Positions 8,844 to 24,026 of a stretch of DNA of 64,000 nt are shown here, piece after piece. This DNA is from an uncultured Candidatus Rokubacteria bacterium (GTDB lineage: Bacteria > Methylomirabilota > Methylomirabilia > Rokubacteriales > DASRDR01). Under the pieces are notes generated by a model that did not search any database, was not told the DNA's origin, and was given only the letters and a program-made list of their open reading frames with translations. Within the stretch, counting starts at the first letter, position 1, and every line of letters starts with the position of its first letter. Location of the stretch: positions 1 through 64,000 of the forward strand of contig CAVPSB010000022.1 in the NCBI GenBank assembly GCA_963708025.1, read 5' to 3'. Both the position numbers and the translations under genes were made by a program.

Positions 8844-9992
8844 TCAGCGGGCGCCGGCGTAGCTGATGCGGTAGAGGCGGCCGGCCTTGTCGTCGGCCAC
8901 GAGGAGCGCGCCGTCGGGCATGACGAGCACGTCCGCGGGACGCCCGGTCGAGACCCCGCCCTTCAGCCATCCCTCGGCGAATGGCTCGTAGGACGTCGCG
9001 CGCCCGCCCTCGATCTTCACGAACGTCACGCGATAGCCGATCGGGGTCGAGCGGTTCCAGGAGCCGTGCTCGGCGATGAAGATGCCGCCCCGGTACTTCT
9101 CGGGGAACATCCGGCCTGTGTAGAAGCGCATGCCGATCGCCGCGACGTGGGGACCGAGCGGACGGGCGGGTGGCGTGAAGCCCGCGCAGGGCCGCCCGCC
9201 ATTGTGGTCGGGATCACGGATGTCGCCGCCGTGGCAGTAGGGGAACCCGAAGTGCTCGCCGACGCGCGTCAGCCGGTTCAGCTCGTCGGGCGGCTGGTCG
9301 TCGCCGAGCATGTCCCGCCCGTTGTCCGTGAACCACAGCTCTCCCGTCTCGGGATGGAAGTCGAACCCGACGCTGTTCCGCACGCCGCGCGCCACCACTT
9401 CCGGCCGGGGATCGGCCAGGTCGAGGCGCGTGATGGTCGCGTGCAGGGGACCGGGCGGCTCGCACACGTTGCACGGCGCGCCGACGGGGACGTAGAGCCG
9501 GCCGTCGGGACCGAAGGCGATGAACTTCCAGCCGTGGTGCCGCTCGGAGGGGTAGGCGCTGGTGACGACCTCGGGCTTCGGCGGCCGCGCGAGGTCCCGC
9601 GCCACGTCGCGAAGCACCAGGATCCGGCGGACGTCGGCGACGTAGAGCGAGCCGTCCCGGAAGGCCACCCCGCTCGGATCATCCAGCCCGCTGGCCAGCA
9701 CGTGGACCTGGTCCGCCTGGTGGTCGCCGTCGCGGTCGACCACCGCGTAGACGCGACCGGCCGCGCGGGAGCCGACGAAGACGATGCCGGGAGGGCCCAG
9801 CGCCATCTGCCGCGCGTTCGGGACGTCGGCCGCGTACACGGCGATCCGGAAGCCCGGCGGCAGCGTGATGTCCCCGGTCTGGGCCGCCGCGCTCGGCAGG
9901 AAGCCGGCGAGGTAGCCGCGGCTGAGCCAGACGCCGGCGACCGCCGCCAGGACGACGGCCAGGGCGATCGCGGCGACTCGGAGCCGGCGCAT
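8844..9992 (-). CDS. PQQ-dependent sugar/sorbosone dehydrogenase family protein
   Basis: FGPDGRLY, GAPCNVC, GVRNSVG, TDNGRD and HGSWNR motifs; N-terminal TM/signal. Confidence 0.9.
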   Translation of the reverse strand: MRRLRVAAIALAVVLAAVAGVWLSRGYLAGFLPSAAAQTGDITLPPGFRIAVYAADVPNARQMALGPPGIVFVGSRAAGRVYAVVDRDGDHQADQVHVLASGLDDPSGVAFRDGSLYVADVRRILVLRDVARDLARPPKPEVVTSAYPSERHHGWKFIAFGPDGRLYVPVGAPCNVCEPPGPLHATITRLDLADPRPEVVARGVRNSVGFDFHPETGELWFTDNGRDMLGDDQPPDELNRLTRVGEHFGFPYCHGGDIRDPDHNGGRPCAGFTPPARPLGPHVAAIGMRFYTGRMFPEKYRGGIFIAEHGSWNRSTPIGYRVTFVKIEGGRATSYEPFAEGWLKGGVSTGRPADVLVMPDGALLVADDKAGRLYRISYAGAR

Positions 9993-10127
9993 GTCTCTGA
10001 TTATGCCTCGCCGCCCCACCGCTGGCGAGCCGGGACGATCGACCCGGATGCCGCGCTCACGGCTTCACGCGACGCTCTGGCTTCGGGCCTCGCGGCCAGG
10101 GTGTTCCACTTCGAGCCCCGGCTCCGC

Positions 10128-10179
10128 CGCGGCCTCCGAGGGGGGGAATCCGGAGGGTCTTCCGAGACCCCCCCGGAAA
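10128..10179. repeat. REP-like element, second subtype (copy G)
   Basis: CGCGGCCTCCGAGGGGGGGAATCCGGAGGGTCTTCCGAGACCCCCCCGGAA, nearly identical to 57394-57442. Confidence 0.75.
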
Positions 10180-10182
10180 GGC

Positions 10183-12789
<2,607 letters not shown>

Positions 12790-12861
12790 GATCGATTCCC
12801 CGCCTCCCCTGGCCTCAACTTGCGGATCCCACACCCTGCCCAGGCGCGGGATCCACTCACA

Positions 12862-12890
12862 AATCTAGCGGCCGGAGTGGGGGTTGTCAA
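12862..12890 (-). promoter_or_regulatory. Sigma70-type promoter of clpB
   Basis: TTGACA-N17-TAGATT. Confidence 0.7.
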
Positions 12891-13018
12891 AGTGTCGGGA
12901 TCCGAAACGGTCGGCGAGAGGAGACGGGGGAGAGGCGAGAATCGATCGGCTGGGTGTCAGGCCCCCAACGACCCGGACGCCAGCGCACGAGGCGTCCGGA
13001 GCCGGCAGGGCGAGAGGC

Positions 13019-14089
13019 TCAACCCCGCGGTGGCCGTGGTCGAAGCCGGCGCAGCTCTTCGAACAGCTCGCGCTCCCGCGGGGTCAGCTCGCTCGGCACC
13101 ACGATCCTGGTCCGGACGAGCTGGTCCCCCTGGCCGCCTCCCCGAAGCCGCGGGACCCCGTACCCGGGAAGCCGGAAGGTCTTGCCGCTCGAGGTCTCGG
13201 GGGGAATCTTCATCGTGACCTTCCCGCGGAGGGTCGGCACTTCCACGTCGGCCCCGAGGGCCGCCTCCCATACCGCGAGCGGCAGCTCGACGTGGAGATC
13301 GTCGTCGCGCCGCTCGAAGACCGGGTGCGGCGTCACGCGGACCTGGAGGTAGAGATCGCCCCGCGGGCCGCCCCCGGACCCGGCGCCGCCCTCCCCGGCC
13401 GCGCGCACGCGCGAGCCGTCGCGGACGCCGGCCGGAATCGTCACGTCCACGCGGTGAGCGCGCAGCACCTCACCGGTCCCGCCGCAGGTCGGACACGCCG
13501 CCTGGCCCTGCCGGCCCGTGCCGCCGCACGTCCCGCACGCCTCCGGCAGCTCCAGCTCCACCGTCCGCCGGGTGCCCTGGGCTGCCTCCTCGAGCGTGAT
13601 CTCCACCGTGGTCTGGACGTCATCGCCGCGCCGGACCGGGCGTCCTCCGCGGCGGGAGCGCCCGCCCCGGCCCTCCGCGCCGAACAGGTCCTCCACCGAC
13701 CCGCCGGGCCGGCCGCCGGCCCCGCCGCGCCCGAGGTCGCCGAACAGGGTGCGGAAGAACTCGGAGAAGTCGCCGAGGTCGGCCCCGGGCTCGACGTGGA
13801 CCCGGTAGCCCCCGAAGTCCGCGCCGCCCGGGCCGCCGCCCGGCCCGGCGTCGGCGTACCGCTGCCAGTCGGGGCCGAGGGTGTCGTAGCGACGGCGCTT
13901 GTCGGGATCCGAGAGGACCTCGTTGGCTTCGTTGATCTCCTTGAATCGCTCGGCGGCCGACTTGTTTCCCGGGTTCATGTCCGGGTGGTGCTTGCGGGCC
14001 AGCCGCCGGTAGGCCTGCTTGATGGCCTTGGCGTCGGCGTTCTTCTCGACGCCGAGGATCCGGTAGTAGTCCTTGTAGGCGACCGCCAT
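13019..14089 (-). CDS. DnaJ/CbpA-class co-chaperone
   Basis: J-domain with HPD, G/F-rich region, two CxxCxGxG repeats, DnaJ C-terminal domain. Confidence 0.93.
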   Translation of the reverse strand: MAVAYKDYYRILGVEKNADAKAIKQAYRRLARKHHPDMNPGNKSAAERFKEINEANEVLSDPDKRRRYDTLGPDWQRYADAGPGGGPGGADFGGYRVHVEPGADLGDFSEFFRTLFGDLGRGGAGGRPGGSVEDLFGAEGRGGRSRRGGRPVRRGDDVQTTVEITLEEAAQGTRRTVELELPEACGTCGGTGRQGQAACPTCGGTGEVLRAHRVDVTIPAGVRDGSRVRAAGEGGAGSGGGPRGDLYLQVRVTPHPVFERRDDDLHVELPLAVWEAALGADVEVPTLRGKVTMKIPPETSSGKTFRLPGYGVPRLRGGGQGDQLVRTRIVVPSELTPRERELFEELRRLRPRPPRG

Positions 14090-14096
14090 CCAGCGA

Positions 14097-15572
14097 TCAT
14101 CCCTTCCCGAGAGTGAAGGCGACGAAGAGCGACGAGTCGCCGCGCTGGAGCAGCAGCATCACCCGCTCCCCGCCCTTCAGCCCGCGAGTGACTCGCTCGA
14201 AGTCGCTCACGCCCCGCACGCGCTGCCGGTTCACCTCGCGGATGACGTCTCCCGCCTGGATGCCGGCCGACTCCGCCGGGCTGCCGTCCTCGACGGCCGC
14301 CACCACGACGCCGTCGGAGCCGCGCACGCCGAGCTGGCGCGCCGCGTCGGGGGTGAGCGGCCGCACGTCGAGGCCGAGCATGCTCCTGGCCTTCCCGCCG
14401 GGAGCCGCGGCCGCGGCCTCGGCCTCGTCGGGGGCCTCGCCGATGCGGATCTCGACGGTCCGCTCCGCCTTGTCGCGCAGGATCCGGACCTTGGCGGTGC
14501 TCCCCGGGCCGGTGAGGCCGACCGCGCGCTGCAGGTCGCTGGGCGCCGTCACGCGCTTGCCATTGAAGTCGACGATGATGTCGCCGGACTTCAGCCCCCC
14601 CTTCTCGGCGGGACTGCCGTCCATCACGTCGGCGACCAGGACGCCCCCCTCGTCCCTCGCTCCGAAGCTCTGGGCCAGCTCGGCCGTGAGCGGCTGCACG
14701 CTCACGCCCAGCCAGCCCCGGGCGACCTTGCCGCGGGCGGTCAGCTCCGTGTAGATTTTCTTGGCCAGGTTGATCGGGATGGCGAACCCGATCCCCATCG
14801 ACCCGCCGGTCCGGCTCGCGATGGCGGTGTTGATGCCGATCACCTCGCCGGCCATGTTCACGAGCGGTCCGCCCGAGTTGCCCGGGTTGATGGCCGCGTC
14901 GGTCTGCAGGAAGTCGTCGAAGGGGCCCTGGCCCAGGACGCGGCCCTTTGCGCTGATGATGCCGGCCGTCACCGTCTGGGTGAAGCCGAACGGGCTGCCG
15001 ATGGCCAGCGCCCAGTCGCCCACCTGGACCTGGTCGGAGTCGCCGAGGAGGGCGGCTGGGAAGGCGCCGCCGTCCTGGAGCCGGATGACCGCCAGGTCGG
15101 ACTTGGCGTCGGCGCCCAGCACCTTCGCCTTGTGCTTCTTGCCCTCGGCGGTGACGATCTCGATCTCGGTGGCGCCCTCGATGACGTGGGCGTTGGTGAG
15201 CGCGATCCCGGAGGGATCGACGATCACGCCGGACCCCAGGCTCTTCTGCGTGAACTCGCGGGGGCCGCCGAAGAAGCGACGGAAGAACTCCTCGCCGAAG
15301 AACTCCTCCATGGGCGACCGCGGGCCGGTCGAGGGACCGCGGACCACCGTGACCGTGTTGATGTTGATGACCGCCGGCCCGACGGCGGCCGCGACCTGGC
15401 GGAAGGTGTTGGAGCTCTCGGGCGCCGCCACCCGCACGAGCGGGGCCGCCACGCCGGTCGCCGGGCCCGGGGGCTGGGCGAAGCTCGCGACGCCGTAGAC
15501 GCCGAGCCCGGCCCCCACCAGCGCCGTCACGAGCAGTAGGAGTCCCAGCGTGCGTCGTCTGAGCTGCACCAT
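14097..15572 (-). CDS. DegP/DegQ (Do family) serine endoprotease with 2 PDZ domains
   Basis: TNAHV, DLAVI and [12 protein letters not shown] motifs. Confidence 0.95.
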   Translation of the reverse strand: MVQLRRRTLGLLLLVTALVGAGLGVYGVASFAQPPGPATGVAAPLVRVAAPESSNTFRQVAAAVGPAVININTVTVVRGPSTGPRSPMEEFFGEEFFRRFFGGPREFTQKSLGSGVIVDPSGIALTNAHVIEGATEIEIVTAEGKKHKAKVLGADAKSDLAVIRLQDGGAFPAALLGDSDQVQVGDWALAIGSPFGFTQTVTAGIISAKGRVLGQGPFDDFLQTDAAINPGNSGGPLVNMAGEVIGINTAIASRTGGSMGIGFAIPINLAKKIYTELTARGKVARGWLGVSVQPLTAELAQSFGARDEGGVLVADVMDGSPAEKGGLKSGDIIVDFNGKRVTAPSDLQRAVGLTGPGSTAKVRILRDKAERTVEIRIGEAPDEAEAAAAAPGGKARSMLGLDVRPLTPDAARQLGVRGSDGVVVAAVEDGSPAESAGIQAGDVIREVNRQRVRGVSDFERVTRGLKGGERVMLLLQRGDSSLFVAFTLGKG

Positions 15573-15593
15573 GCTCGATCCCCCCGGGACGTC

Positions 15594-17504
<1,911 letters not shown>

Positions 17505-17516
17505 GACGGCTTCAAT

Positions 17517-17563
17517 CGGGCCGGGGGGGAGCTGCGCGCTCCTCCCCCGGGCCCCCCCTCCGA
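17517..17563. repeat. GC-rich palindrome related to the REP-like family (copy J)
   Basis: CCGGGGGGGAGCTGCGCGCTCCTCCCCCGG hairpin followed by GCCCCCCCTCCGA. Confidence 0.45.
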
Positions 17564-17616
17564 GTTTCTCCTCGCGAACGCCTCCTGAGCAATGGCTTCA
17601 CGGCTTCTCGATGAAA

Positions 17617-17645
17617 ATGCTAGCCGAAGGGGGAGATCGTGTCAA
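17617..17645 (-). promoter_or_regulatory. Sigma70-type promoter of the ftsH cluster
   Basis: TTGACA-N17-TAGCAT. Confidence 0.7.
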
Positions 17646-17692
17646 ACTTCGCCCGATTTTTTCGGCTCTTAGACGACGCGCGCGGCGCTCCA

Positions 17693-17722
17693 TTGACACG
17701 GCCCGGGGCCTCGCCGTATCGT
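17693..17722 (+). promoter_or_regulatory. Sigma70-type promoter, leaderless
   Basis: TTGACA-N18-TATCGT, 6 nt before ATG 17729. Confidence 0.6.
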
Positions 17723-17728
17723 ACGGGT

Positions 17729-18088
17729 ATGCGGGTGCTCATCGTCCTCGCCTTAGCCGCGACCCTGGTGGTCCCGGCGGTCCCCCTGGGCGCCGCGCCG
17801 CCGAGTGGTCCGCCCGAAGTGGTGCCGGCCCCGGCGTCCAGCACGGACGCGCCCGCTCCCGGATCCCTCGACCTGTCGATTCGCGCTCGATCCCTGGGCC
17901 TCGTGCCCGGGGTGACAGGGGACACCACGCTGGGCCTGGGCACGATGCGTGCCCCGACCGGCGCCGGCACGACCCGCTGGCCGTCGGCCGAGCTCGCGCC
18001 GGGCGTGTACCTGCAGGTGGCGCCCGCGTGCCTGCCCGGCGAGGACCCGTTCTCCGCGCGCCGCCCCCCGCCGGCTCGCCGCCGGTAG
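17729..18088 (+). CDS. Hypothetical secreted protein
   Basis: Signal peptide MRVLIVLALAATLVVPA; promoter immediately upstream. Confidence 0.65.
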   Translation: MRVLIVLALAATLVVPAVPLGAAPPSGPPEVVPAPASSTDAPAPGSLDLSIRARSLGLVPGVTGDTTLGLGTMRAPTGAGTTRWPSAELAPGVYLQVAPACLPGEDPFSARRPPPARRR

Positions 18089-18176
18089 CTCATCCCGAAG
18101 GGGCCGCGCGCCCCGCGTCCGTCGCCCGCCTCAGTCGAGAGTCCGCCCGGTCGCCGTCGGCAACCGTGAGCCTTCG

Positions 18177-19277
18177 TCAGCGGGCCGAGCCCACTCGCGA
18201 CGGTACGGATCCCGGCACAGGCGACGGCCAGGGCTCGAAGAGGCGGGCCTCCCCGAGCTCCGGCACCGCCGCCCGGACCCGGGGTGGCAGCGCCAGGTAG
18301 CTCAGGAGCCACCCGCCGACGCCCGTGAACAGCACCGTGCCCAGCCAGAGGTGCACGGTCCACCAGAGGCCGGTGGTCAGGGCCAGCGACGCGAAGTAGA
18401 GCAGGTGGAGGACGACCGGCACCGCGAAGGCGAACCAGCGCGATGCGACCGGTCGCTCGACGCTCGGCCGCAGCACCGCCCACAGTACGTCACCGAGGAC
18501 GCCCGCGATGGCGAAGGCCGTCACCGGCGCCAGCGGGTAGGGGCCCCGGTCGTAGACGAAGCCCATCGCGACCGAGTTGAGGGTCACCATCACCGTGAGA
18601 CTGCCGGCGGGCGCTCCGCCCCGGCGCAGGAGCAGCAGCACGGTAGCGACCAGGACGAGGCTGGCCAGCAGGATGCCGGTGATCCCGGCTTCCTGGATCG
18701 CGTTGGCGAACCGCTCCGGCCGCGCGGCACCGCGCCCCCAGAGGTTGGCGATCGGATGGCCCATCTGGAGGAAGAACGTGATCTGGGAGAGCACGAACGT
18801 CAACGACAGGAGCATCGGGAGCCGGCGCGTCCAGCTCTGGCGCTCGAGATCCGGCCGGCCCCAGGCCGAGCGGAGCGGGCCGCTCAGCACGAGGGCGGCG
18901 CCGAGCACCAGGGCGAGATGGGCGGGGCTCATGAGCGCCTCGACGCTGACCTCGAACCCGAACACCTGGTGCCAGACCAGGTCGGCGGGGCCGGCCACCA
19001 GCCACGCCGCCCCCCCCAGCAGGGAGAGCCCGTACCCCGCCGGCAAGGCCTCGCGCCAGCCGCGACCCCGGGCCCGGCCCCGGGCCCAGGCACCGGCCAG
19101 GAAGGCCGTGCACGCGAGCCAGCCCCCGTAGAGCACGGCGTGCCACGGCGTGAAGAAGGTGTCGTCCACGAGGCCGTGGGTGTGCGCCCAGCCGTCCAGG
19201 TAGAGGCCGCCGAGAAAGACGGCGGCCAGGATGGTCATGGTCCAGTCGAAGCGGATGCTGGCCTGGAGCCGATTCAT
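18177..19277 (-). CDS. Polytopic membrane protein with two D-x3-H...PxH motifs
   Basis: About 10 TM helices; DGWAH...FTPWH and DLVWH...SPAH; ATGA-coupled to tetR. Confidence 0.85.
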   Translation of the reverse strand: MNRLQASIRFDWTMTILAAVFLGGLYLDGWAHTHGLVDDTFFTPWHAVLYGGWLACTAFLAGAWARGRARGRGWREALPAGYGLSLLGGAAWLVAGPADLVWHQVFGFEVSVEALMSPAHLALVLGAALVLSGPLRSAWGRPDLERQSWTRRLPMLLSLTFVLSQITFFLQMGHPIANLWGRGAARPERFANAIQEAGITGILLASLVLVATVLLLLRRGGAPAGSLTVMVTLNSVAMGFVYDRGPYPLAPVTAFAIAGVLGDVLWAVLRPSVERPVASRWFAFAVPVVLHLLYFASLALTTGLWWTVHLWLGTVLFTGVGGWLLSYLALPPRVRAAVPELGEARLFEPWPSPVPGSVPSRVGSAR

Positions 19278-20005
19278 TGGGAGACCTCCTTGCGCGTCCG
19301 CCGGACCCGGGCGCCGCCGGGCGCCAGCGCGTGCACGATCAGGTCGACGACCGCCTCACAGGCGGTGGTGTCGTCGAGCGGGCTCGGGTCCGGATCGCAG
19401 TGACGATGCATGGCGTACTCGGCGACGCATTCCAGGATCAGCCGCGCCGTCGCCTCGGGATGCGGCACGGCGCGCAGGCGGCGCTGGCGGATGCGCACGT
19501 GCAGGTAGCGCTCGATCCGGCGGAGCAGCCCGCGCCGCATCTCGACGTAGAAGACCTGGGCCAGCTCGGGCAGCTCCAGCGCCGAGCGCTCGAGCACGAC
19601 GATGCACGGCCAAGTCCGCTCGATCAGCGCGTAGAGCTCGCGCACGATCCCGCCGAGCTCGGCGCCGGCGTCGGCCACGCGGGCGCGCCCCAGCGCCGCC
19701 TCCAGGTGGGGCAGCGCGGCGTCGGCGCGGAGGCGCTCCCGCAACCGCTGGACGATGGCCCCGGGGGCCGGGGTCGGGATGGGCAGCTTGGGCGCCTCGC
19801 CGGCCGGCGTGGCCAGGAGCGCCCGGTCGATCATCAGGTAGAAGAGCGACTCCTTGCCCGTGACGTAGTTGTAGAGCGTGCCGGCCGACACGCCCATCTC
19901 GCGGGCGACGTCGGCCATCTGCGTCCGCCGGTACCCCTTCTCCGCGAAGACCCGGAGCCCCGCCGCGATGATCTGCTCGAGCCGGTCCGGCTGACGTCGC
20001 CGCAT
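19274..20005 (-). CDS. TetR/AcrR family regulator
   Basis: N-terminal HTH FAEKGYRRTQMADVAREMGVSAGTLYNY. Confidence 0.93.
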   Translation of the reverse strand: MRRRQPDRLEQIIAAGLRVFAEKGYRRTQMADVAREMGVSAGTLYNYVTGKESLFYLMIDRALLATPAGEAPKLPIPTPAPGAIVQRLRERLRADAALPHLEAALGRARVADAGAELGGIVRELYALIERTWPCIVVLERSALELPELAQVFYVEMRRGLLRRIERYLHVRIRQRRLRAVPHPEATARLILECVAEYAMHRHCDPDPSPLDDTTACEAVVDLIVHALAPGGARVRRTRKEVSQ

Positions 20006-20013
20006 GGCTAGCG

Positions 20014-20041
20014 ATTATAACTGAATGAATCATTCAGTCAA
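20014..20041 (-). promoter_or_regulatory. tetR promoter with overlapping operator
   Basis: TTGACT-N16-TATAAT 8 nt before ATG; perfect palindrome ACTGAATGA-A-TCATTCAGT at 20020-20038. Confidence 0.85.
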
Positions 20042-20156
20042 TAGCTTGCTCCCGAAGAACTTGGGCGGGTCTCCATGGGAGGCGGCCGCCCTGCCCCGAC
20101 ACGCCATCGCACCCCGTGCTCATCGTGCCGCGGAATGCCGTCGCCGCTCCTCGCTC

Positions 20157-20519
20157 TCACGGATCGAGCGGGGTGATGTCCTCGGCCGGACGGATCTCGA
20201 ACGGGCCCACCTTCACGCCGGGGTGCTTCGACATCAGCTCGATGGCGTGCTGCAGGTCCGTGGCCTCGAGGATCAGGATCCCCCCCAGCTGCTCCTTGGT
20301 CTCGGCATAGGGCCCGTCGGTGACGGACACCTTGCCGTTCCGGTATCTCAGCGTGGCAGCGCTCCGGGCGCTCTGGAGCGCCTCCCCGCCGACGAAGTGA
20401 CCGCCCTGGCGAAGCACGTCGTCGTAGGCGAAGCACGCGTCCATCAGGGCGTTGCGCTCGCTCTCGGACATGGCCTCCCACGTCTTCTCATCGAGGTATC
20501 CCAGACAGAAGTACTTCAC
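20157..20519 (-). CDS. YciI family (DGPF-type) protein
   Basis: [14 protein letters not shown] and EIRP motifs. Confidence 0.9.
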   Translation of the reverse strand: MKYFCLGYLDEKTWEAMSESERNALMDACFAYDDVLRQGGHFVGGEALQSARSAATLRYRNGKVSVTDGPYAETKEQLGGILILEATDLQHAIELMSKHPGVKVGPFEIRPAEDITPLDP

Positions 20520-20728
20520 TGCTGCCTCCTTCTCGCTGGCCTCCCGGCCAGATCACGATCCTTGGGTGCCATACATTCTGCCGAGTCCACCGAATAGTCG
20601 TTCGGCGCAGCCCCAATCGACAACCGGCCTCCCCAGCGCCCTTGGATCGACGAAGGCGGTGAGGTCGGCTACTGTGAGGTTGCTACCTCGGCGCTGCTCC
20701 TCGGCCCGGGGAAGGAGGGTGGACTGCC

Positions 20729-21139
20729 ATGGCGTACTGGTTGCTGAAGTCCGAGCCCGACGATTGGTCCTGGATTGAGCAGGTCGCGAAGGGCCGCGAC
20801 GGCGCGGAGTGGACTGGCATCCGCAACTTCTCGGCCCGGAACCACCTGCGCGCCATGAAGAAGGGTGAGCAGGCCTTTTTCTACCACACGGGCAAGGAGC
20901 GCGCGATCGTCGGCATCGTCGAGGTGATCGCGGAAGCGCATCCGGATTCGACCGACCCCGCCTGGCACGCCATCGACGTCGCCGCGGTCGAGCCGCTGCC
21001 GACGCCGGTCGGCCTCGATCGGATCAAGGCCGACAAGCGCCTCGCCAGCATGGCCCTGGCCAGGCTGCCCCGCCTGTCGGTTCAGCCAGTGACCGACGCC
21101 GAGTGGCGGCTCGTTCGCCGAATGGGGGGCCTCGGCTAG
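20729..21139 (+). CDS. EVE domain protein
   Basis: YWLLKSEP, WTGIRN, FFYHTG and RLSVQPV motifs. Confidence 0.92.
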   Translation: MAYWLLKSEPDDWSWIEQVAKGRDGAEWTGIRNFSARNHLRAMKKGEQAFFYHTGKERAIVGIVEVIAEAHPDSTDPAWHAIDVAAVEPLPTPVGLDRIKADKRLASMALARLPRLSVQPVTDAEWRLVRRMGGLG

Positions 21140-21166
21140 GGCCGGCTGGGGCTTCGCTCGTCTCCG

Positions 21167-21424
21167 TCACAGCACCGGGAAGGCGTAGTTCAGGAACTCC
21201 CTCACTCGCGGGAAGAGGGTCTTCCTCCGCAGGCGCTCCTCGAAGGCGCGCTCCAGCACGCCGGGCGGTTGCTCGGCCGCTTCCGGGACGGTCCGGTCCT
21301 GGAGGATCGCTTCCTGAGCCCAGCCGAGCTGTCCCGCGCCGGCTCCCACGAGCCACGCCCCTGTGCACAGACCCGCGAGCCACCACCGAGATACGCCGCG
21401 CCGGGCGGTCGCCGTAGCCATCAC
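21167..21424 (-). pseudogene. Probable internally deleted outer-membrane porin remnant
   Basis: Signal peptide and short N-terminal segment joined directly to a beta-signal-like C-terminus LNYAFPVL. Confidence 0.5.
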
Positions 21425-21521
21425 CTCGGCCGGCCGCCCCGCCTCGATCGGCCGCGGCTCCGCCGCACGCCCCCTGCGTTCGGCACGGGCACAGGGTGTC
21501 GCGTGCTTGCGTGTCGGTCGC

Positions 21522-22301
21522 TCAGAAGCGGATGCTCAGCCCCACGATGGGACCGTGCATCGTCGTGTCCCACTGGAACCGCCGCGATCCCGAGCTGCTC
21601 GTGTAGTCCTGGCCGAGCGCCTTGTACCCCGCGAGCACGGCCCACTCGAGCCCCGCGCCGCGCCACCGGTACCCGAGGAGACCCAGCGCCGACCAGGCGA
21701 AGTCGGAGCCGGCGCCGAAGCCGCCGATGTCGCCACGGACGACGATGAAGAACCGCTCGGTCAAGCCGAAGATCGCCTGGCCACCGACGATGGGATCGAC
21801 CCAGCTCGCGCTCTGGTTGACGGACGGCGCGCCGCGGGTGTCGAGGTCGATCTGCAGGTCGGAGTAGCGGCCGCCGGCGTACGCGTCGAGGGCGATGCCG
21901 CGCCCCTCGGCGCCGGTCGTGTCGAGAAGGCGATATTGCAAGCCGAACTCCACCAGCCACATTCGATTCCGGATGTCGAGCCTGGTGCGGCCGGCGTCGT
22001 CCACCCCGAGCTTCATGTAGAAGACGTCCGCGAATCCGCCGAGGCGCCCTCGCGTGACCTCGAGGTGCCCCTGGAAGCCGATCAGGGAGTCCGAGGCCTC
22101 CTCGACGTCGAGGAAGCTGGCGTCGGGCACCGCGGTGACGCCCCGCACCGTGACGTCACCGGAGAGGCCGGCCGCCCAGAGGTACGGCGTGAAGGTGACC
22201 TGCCAGCCGGCAGGGTCGCCGTCGGCGGCCCACGCCGCCTCCCCCGCGGTCATGACGGCGAGACCCAGCATCAGTTGCAGCACGATCCGCGCCCTGCTCA
22301 T
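21522..22301 (-). CDS. Putative outer-membrane beta-barrel protein
   Basis: Signal peptide, amphipathic strands (WQVTFTPYLW, WVDPIVG), C-terminal LSIRF. Confidence 0.8.
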   Translation of the reverse strand: MSRARIVLQLMLGLAVMTAGEAAWAADGDPAGWQVTFTPYLWAAGLSGDVTVRGVTAVPDASFLDVEEASDSLIGFQGHLEVTRGRLGGFADVFYMKLGVDDAGRTRLDIRNRMWLVEFGLQYRLLDTTGAEGRGIALDAYAGGRYSDLQIDLDTRGAPSVNQSASWVDPIVGGQAIFGLTERFFIVVRGDIGGFGAGSDFAWSALGLLGYRWRGAGLEWAVLAGYKALGQDYTSSSGSRRFQWDTTMHGPIVGLSIRF

Positions 22302-22393
22302 CTCACGGTCTCCTGTTCACTGGCCACGGCGTGCGGCGACGGGAGCTCCAGCAGGTCACCCACACGCCGTGGTCAGGAGGCAGTCCGGCCAGC

Positions 22394-22816
22394 CTACCGC
22401 TTCCGGCGCAGCTCGACGCTGCTTTGCCCGACCATGCCGGTCACGGTTCCCTCACCCTTGAAGACCTCTTCAGCACCAGACCCGTAGAGAGTCCCGATCC
22501 CCCGCATCGTGGATCCTTGGTACGAGACCTTGCCGTCCACGATCTGCCACGTGCCCACTCCCGGCACTCCGCCCATGTTCGACGTGAACGTCCCGTCCTC
22601 CTTGACCACGACCGTAGCTGAGAGGCCCGGTCCCCCGTAGGCCCCTTGGCCCGGGGTGCCCTTCGCGGAGCCCTCCCACTCGCCGGCGAGACTCTTGAGG
22701 TCCCCGGCCTGGAGCATCCTCGCGGGAGGCAGGGGTACGGGCGTGGCGCACCCCGTCAGGAGCGCCAGCGTCACCAGCAGCACCAGAGACGACATTCGCG
22801 CGATGGCTCGACTCAT
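22394..22816 (-). CDS. Hypothetical lipoprotein
   Basis: SD AAGGAGG, lipobox LTGC. Confidence 0.75.
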   Translation of the reverse strand: MSRAIARMSSLVLLVTLALLTGCATPVPLPPARMLQAGDLKSLAGEWEGSAKGTPGQGAYGGPGLSATVVVKEDGTFTSNMGGVPGVGTWQIVDGKVSYQGSTMRGIGTLYGSGAEEVFKGEGTVTGMVGQSSVELRRKR

Positions 22817-22997
22817 GGTCTCCTCCTTGATCAGCAGGGATCGCCTTCCCCCTCGGGCCCGTGAGCGATGACGTCGCGAATCGGCGAGGGAACGCTTTCC
22901 GTTTGCTCGAGGGCCCGCACACTCACTCACCCGCACCAGCGCCACGAAGCCGGCGAAAAGCCAGCCCATGCTGTTCACCTCCGCCAGGATGGCCCCA

Positions 22998-24006
22998 TCA
23001 CGGCTCGGGCCGTCGGAGCGCTTCCCCGCCGGGCTCGAGCGCGGTCCGGGACCGGCGACGCAGAATCCGCAGATTGCCCCGGTCGTGGGCGAGGATCAGC
23101 GCCTTCGTGGAGAGTCCGCCCAGCAGGAACAGGATGACCATCGACAGCGCCAGATCGACCGCCGTCAGGAAGTGGAGATTGATCGGAACGAGAATGGCGC
23201 GAACGCCCCAGACGCCGAGGACGAGCGCGCCGGAGTTGACGATGAGATCCTCAAGCGGCCGGAGCAGCACCGAGTATGCCGCCGCGGCGGCGATCAGCAG
23301 CACGAGCAGGACGGCCAGCACGCGCAGGTAGCGCGGCCGCTCGAAGGAGACCGCGTACGCGGCCGCGTACTCCACGTGACCGCCGGAGGCCCGGAGGCGA
23401 CGCGGGTCGATGGCGACGGGGGACGACATCCGCTTCTGAGGAAGCCGCCCCTGGATCGTGAGGAGCAGATGGCGGGGGGTCAGGTCCGTCCCCACCGCCG
23501 CCACCCGGCCGTCGGGGTAGACGCGCTGGAGGGCGATGCCGAGATCCAGGTGGTAGCGATCGAACGGGTAGCGGATGGGAATCCCCCTGACGGGAAGCCG
23601 GATCGACTCGGACACCCCTTCGCTGGCCTGGGGCAGCAGGATACTCGCCGACGGCGGCAGGCCTTCCGCGTCACCATCGTCCGCGGGTGACCGCCACGAA
23701 GAGGAGCCGGTCCCGCCAGGGGCAGGCGGCCTCGCAGACGTGGTGACCCGAGACGCGGAGGGTCGCGAGGAGCTGGACCTCGTCGAGCTCGGTCACGGCC
23801 ACATGCAGCCGGCTGTGGTCGGCGGCGATCGCCGCCGGGGGGACCCTCAGGAGCGGGAGGACCCTCCCCGTCGCCGGGCCCACCACGTCGTCGACGACGC
23901 TGGCCAGCGAGAAAGGCAACGTCACGACGATCCCCAGCATCAGCATGGCGCTGCCGACAAACGCGACGCGGTATCGCCACTGCTGACCGGTGTCACGCTC
24001 CCCCAT
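22998..24006 (-). CDS. Membrane protein (DUF4436-like); frameshift near 23685
   Basis: N-terminal TM, YPFDRY motif and three C-terminal TMs across two frames. Confidence 0.6.
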
Positions 24007-24026
24007 CGTCCAGTCCGCCGGCGTGG

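Noticed and set aside
18177-19277. Calling this gene pmoC/amoC
   Set aside because: Only a short motif resembles it, length and topology differ, and no pmoA/pmoB genes are present.
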